From Octopus bimaculoides (Eukaryota), in contig NC_069004.1 of the NCBI RefSeq assembly GCF_001194135.2, positions 13,158,303 through 13,222,302 of the forward strand: 64,000 nucleotides of DNA, given 5' to 3'. Of the stretch, positions 38,695 through 52,479 are shown one piece after another. Position 1 is the stretch's first letter. The number at the start of each line of letters is the position of its first letter. The position numbers and the translations under genes were made by a program. Under the pieces are notes generated by a model. That model was not told where the DNA came from. It saw nothing but the letters and a program-made list of their open reading frames with translations, and did not search any database.

Positions 38695-39045
38695 AAAAAA
38701 AGGACCCTTTTGGTCATGAATGACCATAGAATTGCACCTAGAAAGTTCCCCTCTGAGGCACAAGTCCAGCTGTAGAAATGTTTATGGAAGACCAGCAGTT
38801 GCCCATGGATACCAGCCTCCCCCTTCTACACCATTGATGTTATCCAAGGGAAAGGCAAAGGCCAATACAGCTTAGCACCAGTGATATCGCCACTCATTTC
38901 TACAGCTGAGTGGACTGGTGCAATGTGAAATAAAATGTCTTGTTCAAGAACACAATCAAGAACACAATACACAGCCCGGTCTAAGAATCGAACTCACAAC
39001 CTCATGATTGTGAGCCCAATGCTTTAACCACTGAGCCACGTGCCC
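38695..39045 (-). mobile_element. SINE family C2 (C-like head/CORE, different tail) inserted into a family C SINE
   Basis: Homologous to 53035-53375; the flanking family C halves are colinear (GACAAG.CT / CCCTTTAAAAT). Confidence 0.7.
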
Positions 39046-41467
39046 TTTAAAATAGAGGTACAACTGATTTTTGCCAACTGAATGAACTGGAGCAATGTAA
39101 AATAAAGTATCTTGCTCAAGGACACAACATGCCATCAGAAATCGAACTCAAGTCTTTACAATCATAAGCCAAAAACCCTAACCACTAAGTCACATGGCTG
39201 AGCATACTGTACTTCATTCTCGGACAATTCCAGTACGTATTACCTTTTAAATTTTGTCTGACCCATGCAAGCAGAGAGAAGTGTATGCTAAATGATGACG
39301 ACGATGATGATGTTGTGCCTTTAAAGAAAGCACTTATGTGTATACAAGAAAATGGTTTTTTTTCTTTCTTTTCTATACTTCTTGCTCCTTCAGTATTTTG
39401 CTTAAATGTAAACAAACACACTTTTCAATTCTGGGTCAATTGTCCTATCTATAAATTATATTAGATGTGTCTGCATTATTGTGGGCCCAAGGAACTCAGA
39501 CATTCTCTGGTGGTTTCAGTGTTGCTTGGCACTGCTACATGGAGCAATATAGCCTACTGAATGGAAGGTGTTATATGAACCCCCAAAAATCTTATACGGA
39601 CCCAGGTTGAGAACCACTGCTCAAGCTCAACATCAATGAAGCAGTAATTTTCTTTATCCTGTACAAGACAGACAAAGGCCATGGCTAATTTTACTGGTGA
39701 TTCTCCATCACTCACTACAAACTATGATGGCATTCTATTGGTTACAGCGATAAGTGCTCCAACTGATCCAATCAACAGAACAGCTTGCTCTGTATAAGAG
39801 CAGATGATGCACAGTGGGACTGAGTCAAGACCGCTTTGCTGCACCTTCATATATAACAGGCTTCTTTCAGTTTCTGTCTACCAAGGCCATCCACAAGGCT
39901 TTGGTTGGCCCGAGGCTATAGTTGAAAATCTTGGCCAAGGTGACATGCAGTGGGACTGAACCCACAACCATGTGGCTGGTGGCTGGGAAGGAAGCTTCTT
40001 ACCACACAACCGCCCCTGCACCTATTTTGTGAATTCTATAATTCAGAGTTGTGTGCAACAACTGAATCTTGTAGAAATAGCAGTCAAAATCTCCTTAAAA
40101 TAACACTGTACAGTCTTATAAAGAAGGACATTTTACACATCGTTTTCTTAGATCCACTGACTATGTCTGAAAGAAATTTTAGAAAAAAGAGGGGTGGGGG
40201 AGAATGTGTAGAACGCCTTTCGAACACGGTGTTGTCTGCTCAGGCAGGGCTGGCCAGGGGCTAAACAAGAACATAAATGTTAATGTTTAAAAAAGGAACA
40301 ACACGATGATCCTCAATATCTTATATGTTGTTTTTTTTTCTTTTAAGGTTTTCTGACAATAAAAGTATGGAACGCATGCATAGCTATGCAAATATGCAAG
40401 TTTCTGTACTTAACTGTACACATGCATGCACACACACACAAACATACTGTATTCCCATGTGCATTAATTAATTATATATCAGCAAAACATGTGAGATTTG
40501 TTATTTGTCAAAAGTGTGCATATGGGGTGGGTGGATGGGTTAGGAAAGTATTTCCTGCCACATTTGATGCGCTTCATTGGACATATCCACGCATTACACT
40601 CAAAATATCCCATGTTATGATTTGTAATGAAAAGTGAGACTTTACCCCCACCCCACACCTCACCCTTTCTTTCCTACTCTTTTTCTTTCTTTCTTTTTTT
40701 TTTTTGCTTGAGTCAGACAATACAGTGAACGTGCACGCCCGAATGGACAAACAGGGACATGTACAGATAAATATACATAAATACACACATACACACACAT
40801 ACACACACGCAAACAGACATACACACAGACACGCACGTACGCACGCACATATGGACACATATAGATGAACAGACATGCTTCATGCAAAAATACACATGCC
40901 CCAAAAAATATGCCTCATACAAATATACACACGCATACACATGTAATTGGACAAGCACATAAACAAACCAACACACACACACACATATGTGCCTGTGTGG
41001 CCACACACCGATGGACAAAAACAGAAAAAAAAAATATGTTTCTTCTGTAGATCAGTGCTGGATTATTTTAGTCATCAATAAAAACGCAATTTTCTAATCT
41101 GAACAATAAATAAAAACAACAAACAATAACAATAACAAATGACATAAAAACAAGAAATACAATTCAATAATAAAATCAACCACCAATCTCTGTTTCTTTC
41201 TTTCAAGCAGGATTAAAAGAAAAGAAAAAAAAACACATTTAGTTGTGAATACATAGATCTATTCTATGATCAAAAGGCATACTGGAATTCCAACAGCAAA
41301 TATCTCTGGATTCCCCACCCCACCCCACTCCAGATACTCTGGCATTTATTTGTCTTCCTTTTGGCTCACAACTCGGTTAGCATGGTTGCTAACAACAGTT
41401 AGCACCACTGTCTTCCAAGCAGTTGATCTGGGTTTGACTCCTAGTCGACACAACCGTTCGGTTTATA

Positions 41468-41838
41468 GGTGCAGGCATGGCTGTGTGGTAAGAAGTTTGC
41501 TTTCCAACCACATGGTTCTTGGTTCAGTCCCACTGTATGCCACCTTGGGCAAGTGTCTTATATTATAGCCTTGGCACAACCAAAGCTTTGTGAAAGAAGC
41601 CCATCACTTCATGTGCCAGTGCCGCCTGTGCCAGTACTGCGATAATGCTCCCATGTTGGTGCTGGCTAAACGTACTCATGATGGTGACACATAAAAAGTA
41701 GCCAGCACACTCTGTTAAGTGGTTGGCATAAGGAAGGGCATCCAGCCATAAAAACCATGCCACAACAGACAGCTCTCTGCTAGCCAGCTCCATGTCAAAT
41801 CATCCAACCCATGGAGAGCAGACATTAAATGATGATGA
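41468..41838 (+). mobile_element. Chimeric SINE: family A head/CORE plus RTE-type 3' tail
   Basis: GGTGCAGGCATGGCTGTGTGG head, joined after AAAGAAGCCCAT to the tail GGAAGGGCATCCAGCC...ATTAAATGATGATG. Confidence 0.7.
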
Positions 41839-41964
41839 TACATATGTATGTGTGTGTATATGTATATATATATATATATATATAGTCACAATAAGGATAC
41901 TTAAACCTTTTATAGGGATATTTTATCTAAGATACACTGGTTTAATCTATATATATATATAAAG

Positions 41965-42028
<64 letters not shown>

Positions 42029-42289
42029 TTGCTTGCTTCTTCAAGCTGGTGCCCCAGCCTGGCCGCAGTCGAAACAAAACTGAAACAAGTAAAAGATAAA
42101 GGAGAACTCCATAAAGAGTTGTGAAAAAACTGAAGAGTTAACCCCAGTATTAGACTGGCACTTTATTTATTGATTTCCCACCCACCACACAAAGGATGGA
42201 AGGCAACATCGACAACTACTAAAAGGGATTCTTCTATCCAATGGCCATATCTAGCACTGGCACTGGGATGCAGGCTGTATCAAAGACTA

Positions 42290-42790
42290 TGAGGTCTGCC
42301 TGAAAAACAATTTATTTTAATTTTAAACAACAAACTACATGGTTTCCTCTTCAAAGGAATCACCCTCAAGTCTAATGCACTCTTCCATCCTTCTCTGCCA
42401 CGCTTCTATGCACTGCTGGAAGGATTCATATGGGATGCCCCCTCAGCTCTGTCGTTACTGCCCCCTTGGTGGCCTCCACTCCTTCAAAATGGGTCCCCTT
42501 GATGATCCCCTTGAGCTTGGGGAAAAGAAAAATGCCACATGGAGTAAGATCATGTGAATAGGGAGGTTGTTCCAGTACGGCAATGTTCTTCTTGGCCAGG
42601 GACTGCCAGATGATCAGGGTGTTGTGAGCAGGTGCATTGTTGTGGTGAAACAGCCACAATTTGTCCTGCCACAACTCTTGTCTCTTCTCACACACTGAGC
42701 AAAACAAATGCTGCAGAATCTCTTTGTAGACTAGCAGATTGATCATCTGGCCCTGTGGCAAGAACTCACTGTGGACAATGCCCATAGCTC
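42290..42790 (-). mobile_element. 5'-truncated mariner (DD34D) transposon relic
   Basis: ORF 42426-42785 has GIVHSEFLPQGQ, LFHHNNAPAH and QPPYSHDLTPCGIFLFPKLK, matching the mariner HHDNAPAH and PYSPDLAPCDF motifs. TA plus terminal TGAGGTCTGCCTGAAAA at 42288-42306. Confidence 0.88.
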
Positions 42791-45700
42791 ACACAGCACA
42801 CCCATTCCTGCTACTTTTCAAACAGACCTTGTGTATTCTACAATATACCCCCAACCCTTTCGCTACCATACATCTGTTGAACTATATTGCATTTGTTTCA
42901 ATTAATTTTGAAAGTATAAAGAATTTGGTAAAATATATCTTGGTCACTACTAAGCTGGTAATTTGAATGTAAATTAACAAGGAATTTTAATCGGAAATTT
43001 TAATTTAGATCACTTTATGTAGAAAAAGTTTATATCACAGAAGCCGAGTCAATCTTGGGCAGGTTGGTATCAAAAGGTTTAAAGCAATATGCAGTGGTAT
43101 GGGAAAAGATTTTGTAGCTATTTCTAGCAGGTTGAGAACCCTATTATAGATGCTTGAAAAATATCATGTACGTAGCTAGGATGTAGTGATGGTGGAGGAG
43201 GAGGCAGTCAAGTAGTAGAAATGGTAGAGTGACAGACTAAAATACCTTACAGTATTTAGTTACTTCACACTATGAGGTTCTTAGTTTTTTTTAATTCCTG
43301 CCAAGATCAACTTTAGATCAAGTAATGTTTTTTTTGTGAATTTTTTTCTTGCTTTCTCTTTTTGACTAAACAAATGTTCATTTTTGTGAAGAGTGAAAAG
43401 GTTATAATTGAAGAGACCCTACCACTCCTTTGCAGAATATACTGTTAATTTAAGCAGAGATGAAAGCTTAAAGATGGCCTAGATAGGATTTAAACAAACA
43501 ACAATGAAGCTCAAAAAGCCTTCTGTTTTATGATACCTACTGCCAACTATGTTACACACATCTTTATTCAAAGATAAATTGATAGTGTCAATATATATGC
43601 CCCGGTGAAGGCACATGGCTTAATGGATAGGGGTATTTGGCCTTAATCGTAAGGTTGTATTTTTGATTCCTGAGAGCACATTATTTCCTTGAGCAAGACA
43701 CTTTATTTCACTTTGCTCCAGTCCACTCAGTTGGCAAAGATGAGTTGTACCTGCATTTCAAAGGGCCAGCCTTGTAATATTCTGCATGTCATTGGAGTAC
43801 TCAGCCATATATGTGTTAATTTCACAAGCAGGTTCTTCCATTGAACAGATCAACTGGAACCCTCGTTGTTGTAACTGATGAAGTGCCAGTTTTTTTTTCT
43901 TTTTTTTATGCCCCAGAATCAAAATCCTTACTATCTGTATCACTAATTCTTAAACCTTTCTTTCACTTATGGGATCCTCTTTTACTTAAATGAATTTTCC
44001 TGGAGACCTAAACTTGTGCTTTTGAAAGGTCTGTCTACCCAATAAGTTGATATTATTTACTAAAAACTAACTCACCTTCCCAGTTTCATCCCTTAATTAA
44101 AAGATATTTGTAATTAAAATAAATTATATATGACAGACTAATTATACATTTTATAGTGAAGCCTTTTAAAATTTTGAACACAACCCACAAACCCCTTTTG
44201 TGGACCCTAGGTTGGGAGCCAAAGGACTACTTGATGTACACAGATATACCACTGGAGTTGGTAAACATTATGATATCATCCAATACTTATTTTGCCTCAG
44301 AGAAAAAAAAAAAAGATTTTCTTCCAGGTATTCTTTTGCTCACTTGGACAAAGAGACAACCTCATAATACTAGACTCCTTTTCACCATATTGCTTTTAAG
44401 TTTTGACACAAGGCCAGCAAATTTCAGGAGAGAGATAAGTCAATGATTGACCCCCAGTGCTTAAATGATATTTATTTTATCACCCCTGAAAGGATGAAAA
44501 GCAAAGTCAACTTTGGCAGAATTCAGACTTTGAACATAAAAGACTGATGAAATGCCAGTAAGAATTTTTGCCTGGCACAGTAACAATTCTGTCAGCCTCC
44601 CACCTTCATTCTTCTCAATATTAATTGCATACAATATACGGAGAGCAATAGTAAGAGAAGAGGTAAGTGAGACAATCTCTCTTGTGCTGATGTGATGAAT
44701 AGACACCCATTACACACTGTAAAGTGGTTGGCTAATGAGCCGAGAAAGCATAGCTTTTAGTCCTGTTTTGGTGAGGACTAATCAACATCTCTATTGGTGG
44801 TGTCATTTGAAAATGCATTCAGCCACAGAAACCAAGCCAAATGAAATGTATAAATACCCATGTCCGGTAAGTTCACCGTCATCATTTCACCGTCATCAAT
44901 TCACTGGCTATTTTTTTTTTTCAATAAAATAGTTTTTAACTATCAATGGTGAGATACAATGAATATATTTTCTCAGTAAATTTTCCTCATGGTGCATCGA
45001 TGGCAGCAAACTTACCTGTAATCATAAGTACCATTTTGTGGGAGCAGTGACTCTCAATAAGAAATGAAAAGGATTGTGATGACCCATCCAACCCATGACA
45101 GCATGGAAAGTAGACATGTCTACTTAAAGAATTACTACCACCTGTTAGCTCCATTTTAAGAACCATCACTAATAATTCCATGCTAAAACACATGACTCGG
45201 GCCTGGTGCAGCTCTCTGGCTGGCCAGCTCCTGTCAAATCATCCAACCCATGCCAGCATAGAAAACAGATGTTAAATGATGATGAAGATGATGATGATGA
45301 CGGTGACAATGATGATGATAATGGTTTCTAATCTAGGCACAAAGCCAAAGAATGTTTTGAGTTTAGGGTGTAGTCAATTGGCTAAACTCCCAAGTGCTTG
45401 AATTGTATGTATTTTTGTGGGGAGACATGAATGATAACTTGACTAGACCTGATTTTCCTCATGAAGGCATGTAGCCTGGTGGTTAGGGTATTGCACTCAT
45501 GGTCATAATAATATCATCGTTTCAATTCCCAGACTGCATTGTGTTCTTGAGCAAAGCATTTCATTTCACATTGTTCCGATTCACTCAGCTGTAAAAGAGT
45601 TCCAGCAATAATCAGGAAGTGAACCCCGAGACAGACCAGTGTCCCTTTGAGATAGGTAGCGGGTGTTGCAATCTCAGTCACTTATATACCAAGGAAATCA

Positions 45701-46264
45701 GGTTAAGCTCCAGTTTTATGAGTCTCAAGGATCAAGAAAAGAAGAAAAAAATATTTTCCTTAACCCTAGATGGCTGAAGATCAAAGTAAATCATGGGATT
45801 TAAACCAAAAATGTACAGCAACAGCTTAACTGCAAAGTAGCATTTTGCCCCCTGCTCTAATGATTTATGCCTACCATCACTGCACTAACATTTATGATGT
45901 CTACCATTAGGTGATGAGCTGGCAAAATTGTTAGTTCAAATTCCGTCATGGTAACTTTGCCTTTCATTCTTTCAGGGTTGATAAAATAAGTACTAGTTGG
46001 GGGTCGATGTACTCGACTTATCCCCTCCCTCAAACTTGCTGGCCTTGTGCCAAAATTTGAAATCAGTAATATCTAACATAGACATAAAGCTAAAAATTCG
46101 ATAGGAGCAGAGAAAGTAATTTACATCAGCCCCCAGTACTTAACTGGTTCTTTATTTAGCTGATGAAAGGCAAAGCTGACCTTGGCAAGGTTGAAACTCA
46201 AAACTTAAAGAGCAGCAACAAACGCTGCTTTTTTTGTCAATAACGAAATATCATAAAATTAGGT

Positions 46265-46600
46265 GATGGAAGTGATTAGTTGGTGAGGTTTAAAAGTGCT
46301 TGTGATACTCATCCACGTCATTCTATATAATGTGGAGCAGAGGTCACAGCAGATAGTTAGGCCTCTGGGTTGTGTAGACATTGTGAAGTTTTAAGGCATG
46401 AGGTGTTCATGAATTGAAGGTTGTGCAGTTAAGGAGGGAAGGTGATTCTGTCTCGTAGGGGAGAATGAGTCAGTTTATATTTACTTTGGCAGGTGGTAGT
46501 GGGTAGAGAGTTATTAAGGTGAGTAATATTTGTTTTGGTGTTGTTAATAAATGTTCCCAGATAAGCAGGAAGCAACTCATAGAATGTACTGAAGACTGTT
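46265..46600 (-). mobile_element. Possible LINE ORF1 PHD-finger relic
   Basis: TICCDLCSTLYRMTWMSIT resembles the PHD ICCDxCxxWYHxxC motif found in CR1/L2-type ORF1; frame is broken. Confidence 0.3.
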
Positions 46601-47379
46601 CTAAACACAAGCATACACAACCAAGTTTACAATGCACATACACACATTCATAAACTATAGAAAATTTCTAAATGTATATAACTTATATATACACATAAAA
46701 ATTGTAAATTATTGATGTATAGATGCATACGTTTTATCCTTAATCTATAAGCAAGTATGTGCCTAAAACTGAGCAAAAAAACATACACATGTACGTTTGT
46801 AACCTAACAAATTATATAAATAAATATGCAAATATATTCATAATGGGATAAATAATGTACACACACACACAAATGATAAATGGAGGGCTATTAAATTAGA
46901 AACTGTAAGTCTTGGCTACAAGGTCAAATTCATTGCAGTTATTTTTGTAGTCTGCTGGGAATGTAACAATTTATTCTATAGACATCAAATAATTTCATGG
47001 TCAGAGTATTACTCAAAATGGATTAGCATCTTATCCCCAAAAAAGATTTATGTTTTTACTCATTTCATCTTTTTGATACTGACTTGCTCAAGACTGCTCT
47101 AACGTTCTATGATATGAAGCTGTCTGTTTTAAAATATTCGTATTTAAATGAAGACACTCAATTGGCTATTTTGTCATGTTTCAAATATTTGCTTTGTCAG
47201 CTATAAGTGCAGGAATGGCTGTGTGGTTAAGAAGCTTGCTTCCCAACCACATAGTTCTGGGTTCAGTCCCACTGTGTGGCACCTTGAGCAAGTGTTTTCT
47301 ACTATAGTACTATAGCCCTGAGCTAACCAAAGCCATGTGAATGGATTTGGTAGACAGAAACTGAAAGAATCCCATTGTT

Positions 47380-47412
<33 letters not shown>

Positions 47413-49400
47413 CTTTGTGTCTGTATTTGCCTCCCCTCCCCACCATTCCTTGACAATCAATATTGGTGTGTATACATCCCTCTAGCTTAGCAGTTTGGCC
47501 AGAAGAGACCAATAAAATAAGTACTAGGTTTACAAAGAATAAGTCCTGGGTTTGATTTGTTTAACTAAGACCATTTCAGGTGGTGCTTCAGCTTGGTTGC
47601 AATCAAAAGAAAAGATATTATATTCATATAATCTTCTATAATGGTATATGAATACAAAGTCAGCAACTTAAAGCCGGTGTGTGGTACAGACAAAAATGCT
47701 ACGATCTACTATTAAAGCCTGGTATCTTCCATCTTGCATTATATTATCCTTGAATTAGTCTTATGTAAAGAGGAGTTCCACATGTGTATCCAGCCAATGG
47801 AATATACCCAACTGTAGGAGATCATGTGGTAGCTAAATAATGACATAAGACCTCTTAAATGCACACTATGAGGTTTTTACCCAAATTATACTATATATGT
47901 ATTGATATATTTATGTGTGTGTGTATGTGTGTGTGTGTCTTTCTGTCTGTGTTTGACCCACCACCACCACCACTTAGTAAAAGAAATAAAAAGACAGGTT
48001 GATCACAGTTGTAGCTCCTTTGATAATAACCTGGGGCTAAACACAAAACACACATGGATTGGACAGGGGAGAAAACCGCCATAGGACTCAAACTGAGATA
48101 CACATGTATGTCGGAGAGTGCAACCATTTCTGCATATGAGGCAATGAGTGACTTTCTGAAGGGTACAAATGTCAAAGAAACTCATTCTTCATCCCACAAT
48201 AAATCAAAATGACAACAATGGATACATGTAATTAATTACCACCAAATTACTGCCGTCACTTCAGACCCAACCAAATTCCTTGCCAAACTACTTCAATTAA
48301 TGTATCAACTCTTCAACTCAACTATCTTACTCTAAAAATTGAGGCTAAATTAAATTAAATGGATTAAATAATTTCTAACACAGGCACATCATAATCATCA
48401 TCATTTAATGCCCGTTGTCCATGCTGGCATGGGTTGGGTGGTTTGACCAGGGCTGGCAAGCTGGAGAGCTGTCCCAGTTCTGGTCAATGGTAGAAATTGA
48501 GGAGTTAGAGGGGGAAAATAGACATTAACCAAGAACTTGACTGGTATTTTATTTAATCAATTGCAGAAAGATGAAAAATGAAGAATGGTTTCAGTAGGAT
48601 TCAAACTTACAATGTAAAGAACCTGAATATATGGCATGGCACATCTTATCTGATACTCTAATGATTTTGTTATAAAAACAAATTAAATACATGTCTTCTA
48701 TGCATCTTTTTCTTTAATCCTTAATTTTAAATTCAAACTTCTAATCCCACCAATTATTATGAAGAAATGATTATCTCCTTTGTATTAACTGTCCACTTGG
48801 GGACACCATGCCATCATCATCATCATCGTTTAACATCTGCTTTCCATGCTAGCATGGGTTGGACGATTTGACTGAGGACTGGCAAGCCAGATGGCTACAC
48901 CAGGCTCCAATCTGATCTGGCAGAGTTTCTACAGCTGGATGCCCTTCCTAATGCCAACCACCCTGAGAGTGTAGTGGGTGCTTTTACATGCCACCAGCAC
49001 GAGGGCCAAGTCACACTGTACTGGCGAGCCACGCTCAAAAAGGTGTTTTTTACGTGTGTTTAAAAAATAAATTTAATTACTAAAAAATATAAAGGAAGAA
49101 ATGAAAATGTTTATTTTTAAGCCATGGGAAATGCTCAATGTGAGCCCTTTAAGAAAAATTTCAGACTATTTTGAGAATTCATTCATCAGTGTTGTAATAT
49201 TTTTTCAACATAACCAGCAATGCATTACCAGTTAAGAGCAACTTGAAATAAGTTCCTTAAACCTTTTTTAATTTTCATTTTAGCCAATTCTACTCTCATT
49301 GGTGAAGAGTCACAGCTGAGAGTTTTTATGAATCTCACCAAATCTTGTGTGATTTCTTGCTTTACATCTTGCCAACTTATTCAAGGCACCAAAATATTAA

Positions 49401-50029
49401 CCCTTCAGCATTCAGATTCCTCTGTCAAATGTAATGCTTGTTTATTCACCTTGTTTTAAATCTAGCATTCATTATGTTGTGGCGTCAAGATATTTATGAT
49501 GTGATTATTCTTTGATTTTCTTTGTTTCAGCCATTTGACTGTGGCCATGCTGGAGCACCATCTTTTAGTTAAAAAAAATTGACCCCAGGACTTAGTCTTT
49601 GTAAACCTGGTACTTATTCTGTCGGTCTCTTTTGCCAAACTGCTAAGTTACAGGGATGTAAACACATCAACATCAGTTGTCAAGTGATGGGGGGGAGGGG
49701 ACAAACGCACACACACACACACACACACACATAAATATATACATATATACGATGGGCTTCTTTTCAATTTCTATCAACCAAATCACTCGCAGGGCTATGT
49801 TGTGCCTGAGGGTATATTAGAAGATACTTGCCCAAGGTACCACGCAGTGGGACTGAACCTAGAACCATGTGGTTGGGAAACAAGCTTCTTACCACAGCCA
49901 TGCCTGCACCTGATTGTTTATTTTCAGAATGACATTGTAGGGTATATGTGAGAAGCCAGATCTGTCTGGTATGAACATAAAACAGGTAGAATATTTAGGC
50001 CAGATATGGCCAATTTGAATGCTAAAGGG
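49401..50029 (-). mobile_element. piggyBac-type MITE split by a full-length SINE (about 49510-49910)
   Basis: TTAA at 49397-49400 and 50030-33; the MITE halves are colinear across the SINE. Confidence 0.8.
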
Positions 50030-50565
50030 TTAAGCCATTGCCAGTTCTACTAAAATTTATCAAAAATATACAAACAGCCATTATGTAAAAAAAACTTCTT
50101 TTTGACTCACTGGCTTGAAACACACTCCATTGTGAAAGACTTGGAAAATTTAAACAGACAAAACTTAAATAGCTATGAGTCAATGATGTGTACTAAATTT
50201 GCCAGCATTGAAAGTTAATAAGAAACTAAAGTTGGCAGATAGTTGGTATGGTAATTAGCTGGTTTGTAATTTCTTAATTTAATTAATTGGTAATTACTTG
50301 GTTTGACAATGAGTTGGTGGTGAACCAACAATTTCTTTTTTTAGCAATTAACTATTGTATATTTTATTTAATAAATAGTTAACCATCAATTCTGTTTAAT
50401 TTCATTTAACATCCATTTGTGAATGGCAGATTCTGTGTCCTACTCAATGCGGATGTATTATAAGAGTGCCGTAATACTGCAGAGTTTGTCCTGAGAAAGT
50501 CTCTCATAAAGACATCTAGTGCATATAAGTACAGAGATAGTAGCAAATGAGAAATATCAAGCCCT

Positions 50566-50635
50566 GCTAGTGGAACTACTGTATCATGTGATTTTGGCAT
50601 GTTTTGCCCCTCATCAGCAGTAGGCATCCACTAAC
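50566..50635 (-). ncRNA. Type I hammerhead ribozyme with extended stem I, probably inactivated (G12A)
   Basis: Minus strand reads GTTAGTGGA-TGC-CTACTG-CTGATGA-GGGGCAAAACATGCC-AAAA-TCACATGA-TA-CAGTAG-T-TCCACTAGC. Stem I is 6 bp, a 3x1 internal loop and 9 bp; stem III is 4 bp; the triplet is AUA. GAAA has become AAAA, consistent with CpG decay, and stem II is weak. Confidence 0.65.
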
Positions 50636-50639
50636 TGCA

Positions 50640-50930
50640 TGGTGGCTAAATCTCCCTTCCACCAATATACAGAGAAATGGCAACTGTTCAGTCTCAGTGT
50701 CGCAAAAGTGTCAATGACGCTAAACTGAAAATCTTGAATAGAGCCTGCACCATTTATAGATTTGATAAATGGTCTGTTGAGTCCTTCTTGAGTTCATCCA
50801 TCCTTGAACACAGGTATTTTCCATTGTACTGTCAATATGTCCATCGATCTTCCACACAGCAAGGTGAGTCCACAGAGTTCTGATGCTGGTTTAGTCACCA
50901 ACAGACCAACCACAGAACAGGTACTGCTAG
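50640..50930 (-). mobile_element. Old RTE LINE ORF2 C-terminal relic
   Basis: Across frames: TSIRTLWTHLAVWKIDGHIDSTMENT, ELKKDST/RPFIK and VIDTFATLRLNSCHF resemble RTE SIxxLLxxRxLRWxGHxxRME and IDxxTWETLA. Confidence 0.5.
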
Positions 50931-52479
50931 TTTACTAGTATTATTTACTTTTAATCTGCTTTGACACCAAAGAACAATAACAGGAAGTAACTGAAGAACT
51001 GAAATTCCTTCTGAATCATAAGAATATATTCTTTGATATATTTGTTTCTCTTTTTTTTAAGGTGATGTGCTAGCAGAAAAATGCTTAGCAGCATTTTGCC
51101 CATCTTTACATTGTGAGTTCAAATTCCACTGAGGTTGACTTTGCCTTTTATCCTCCTGGGATCCATAAAATAAGTACCAGTCGAGCACTAGGTCAATATA
51201 ATCGATTTGCCCCCTCCCCTAAACTTTTTGGCCTTATTCCCAAAACTTAAAATCAATATATCTGTTCCATTTTTTAACACTCTGTTGGAGTTTGCAGCAC
51301 TTGGTAAAAAGAATAGAGAGTGATCTAAGACTGGCGAGTCTTGGATTGTATTCCATCAAAGGTAGCCAGACTAGACTGGAGTTACACAACATCATCAAGA
51401 GTCAAATCATCATCATCAGCATCCACTTTACCATGCTTGTATGGGTAAAATGGAATTCTATGAGGCAAATTTACTATGGCTGGATGCCCTTCCTGTCACT
51501 AACCCTCACTTGTTCCCAAGCAAAGTAATATTTTCCCAAAGCAAAATATGCTTTTAGCAGAAGACTGGAAATGAACAACCTCTATGAAGATAATATCGAT
51601 TTACAATCATTATGCTATATCCAGAGTGAAGGTGTGTGGCTTAGTGGTCAGGGTATTCGGCTCATGACCCTACGGTAATGACTTCAATTCCTGACGATGC
51701 ATTGTGTCCTTGAGCAAGACACTTTATTTCATGTTGCTCCAGTCCACTTAGCTGGCAAAAATCAGTAGGACTTGTATTTCAAAGGGCCAGCAAATCAAAA
51801 TTGTGTAAACCAAGGGAGATACATTATCATCATCATTTAATGTCCATTTTCCATGCTGGCATGGGTGAGATGGTTTGACTGGAGCTGGTAGGCTGGAGAG
51901 CCACACCAGGATCCATTTTGTCTGTTTTTACATGGTTTCTACGACTGGATGCCTTTCCTAATGCCATCCACTCCACAAAGTGTACTGGGTATCTTTTGTG
52001 TGTTTATTAATAAAAATAAAAAACCTACAAGCTGCAATTTAATGTTTTTGTTGAACCCATTCCATATTGAAACTGATTTAATGTTATAATTTTCATTTAC
52101 AGAGAAGCAAACATTCTTGTCTGTTTTTTGTTTGACATTTGAAACCTTTATTCAATCTCAAAAATATTTAAAATACGAAAAATCAATCTGGCATCAGTTC
52201 TACTTTAGAATGTGGCTTATCTCATCATTGAAAAAGGGGAAATGAAAGTAAAATGGAAAGGAAATAAACAAAAACAAAATGGAAAAAATGAAATAGCGTT
52301 TCTGTGTCCACAAACTGGTACTCTGTCGATTATGACAAAAAGGGTTCCAGTTGATCCAATCAACAGAACAACCTGCTCATGAAATTAACATGCAAGTGAC
52401 TGAGCACTCCACAGACATGTGTACCCTTAACATAATTCTCAAGGAGATTCAGTGTGACACAGAATGTATTGGTTCCAGT

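Noticed and set aside
50406-50627. Minus-strand ORF MPTADEG...NGC
   Set aside because: It overlaps the hammerhead motif and putative retroelement 3' UTR; no protein homology recognised.
50673-50863. Attractive plus-strand exon (good acceptor, CAAG|GTGAGT donor, 63 open codons EMATVQSQ...STQQ)
   Set aside because: It is antisense to a decayed RTE ORF2, which explains the open frame; exonisation remains possible but is unsupported without RNA data.
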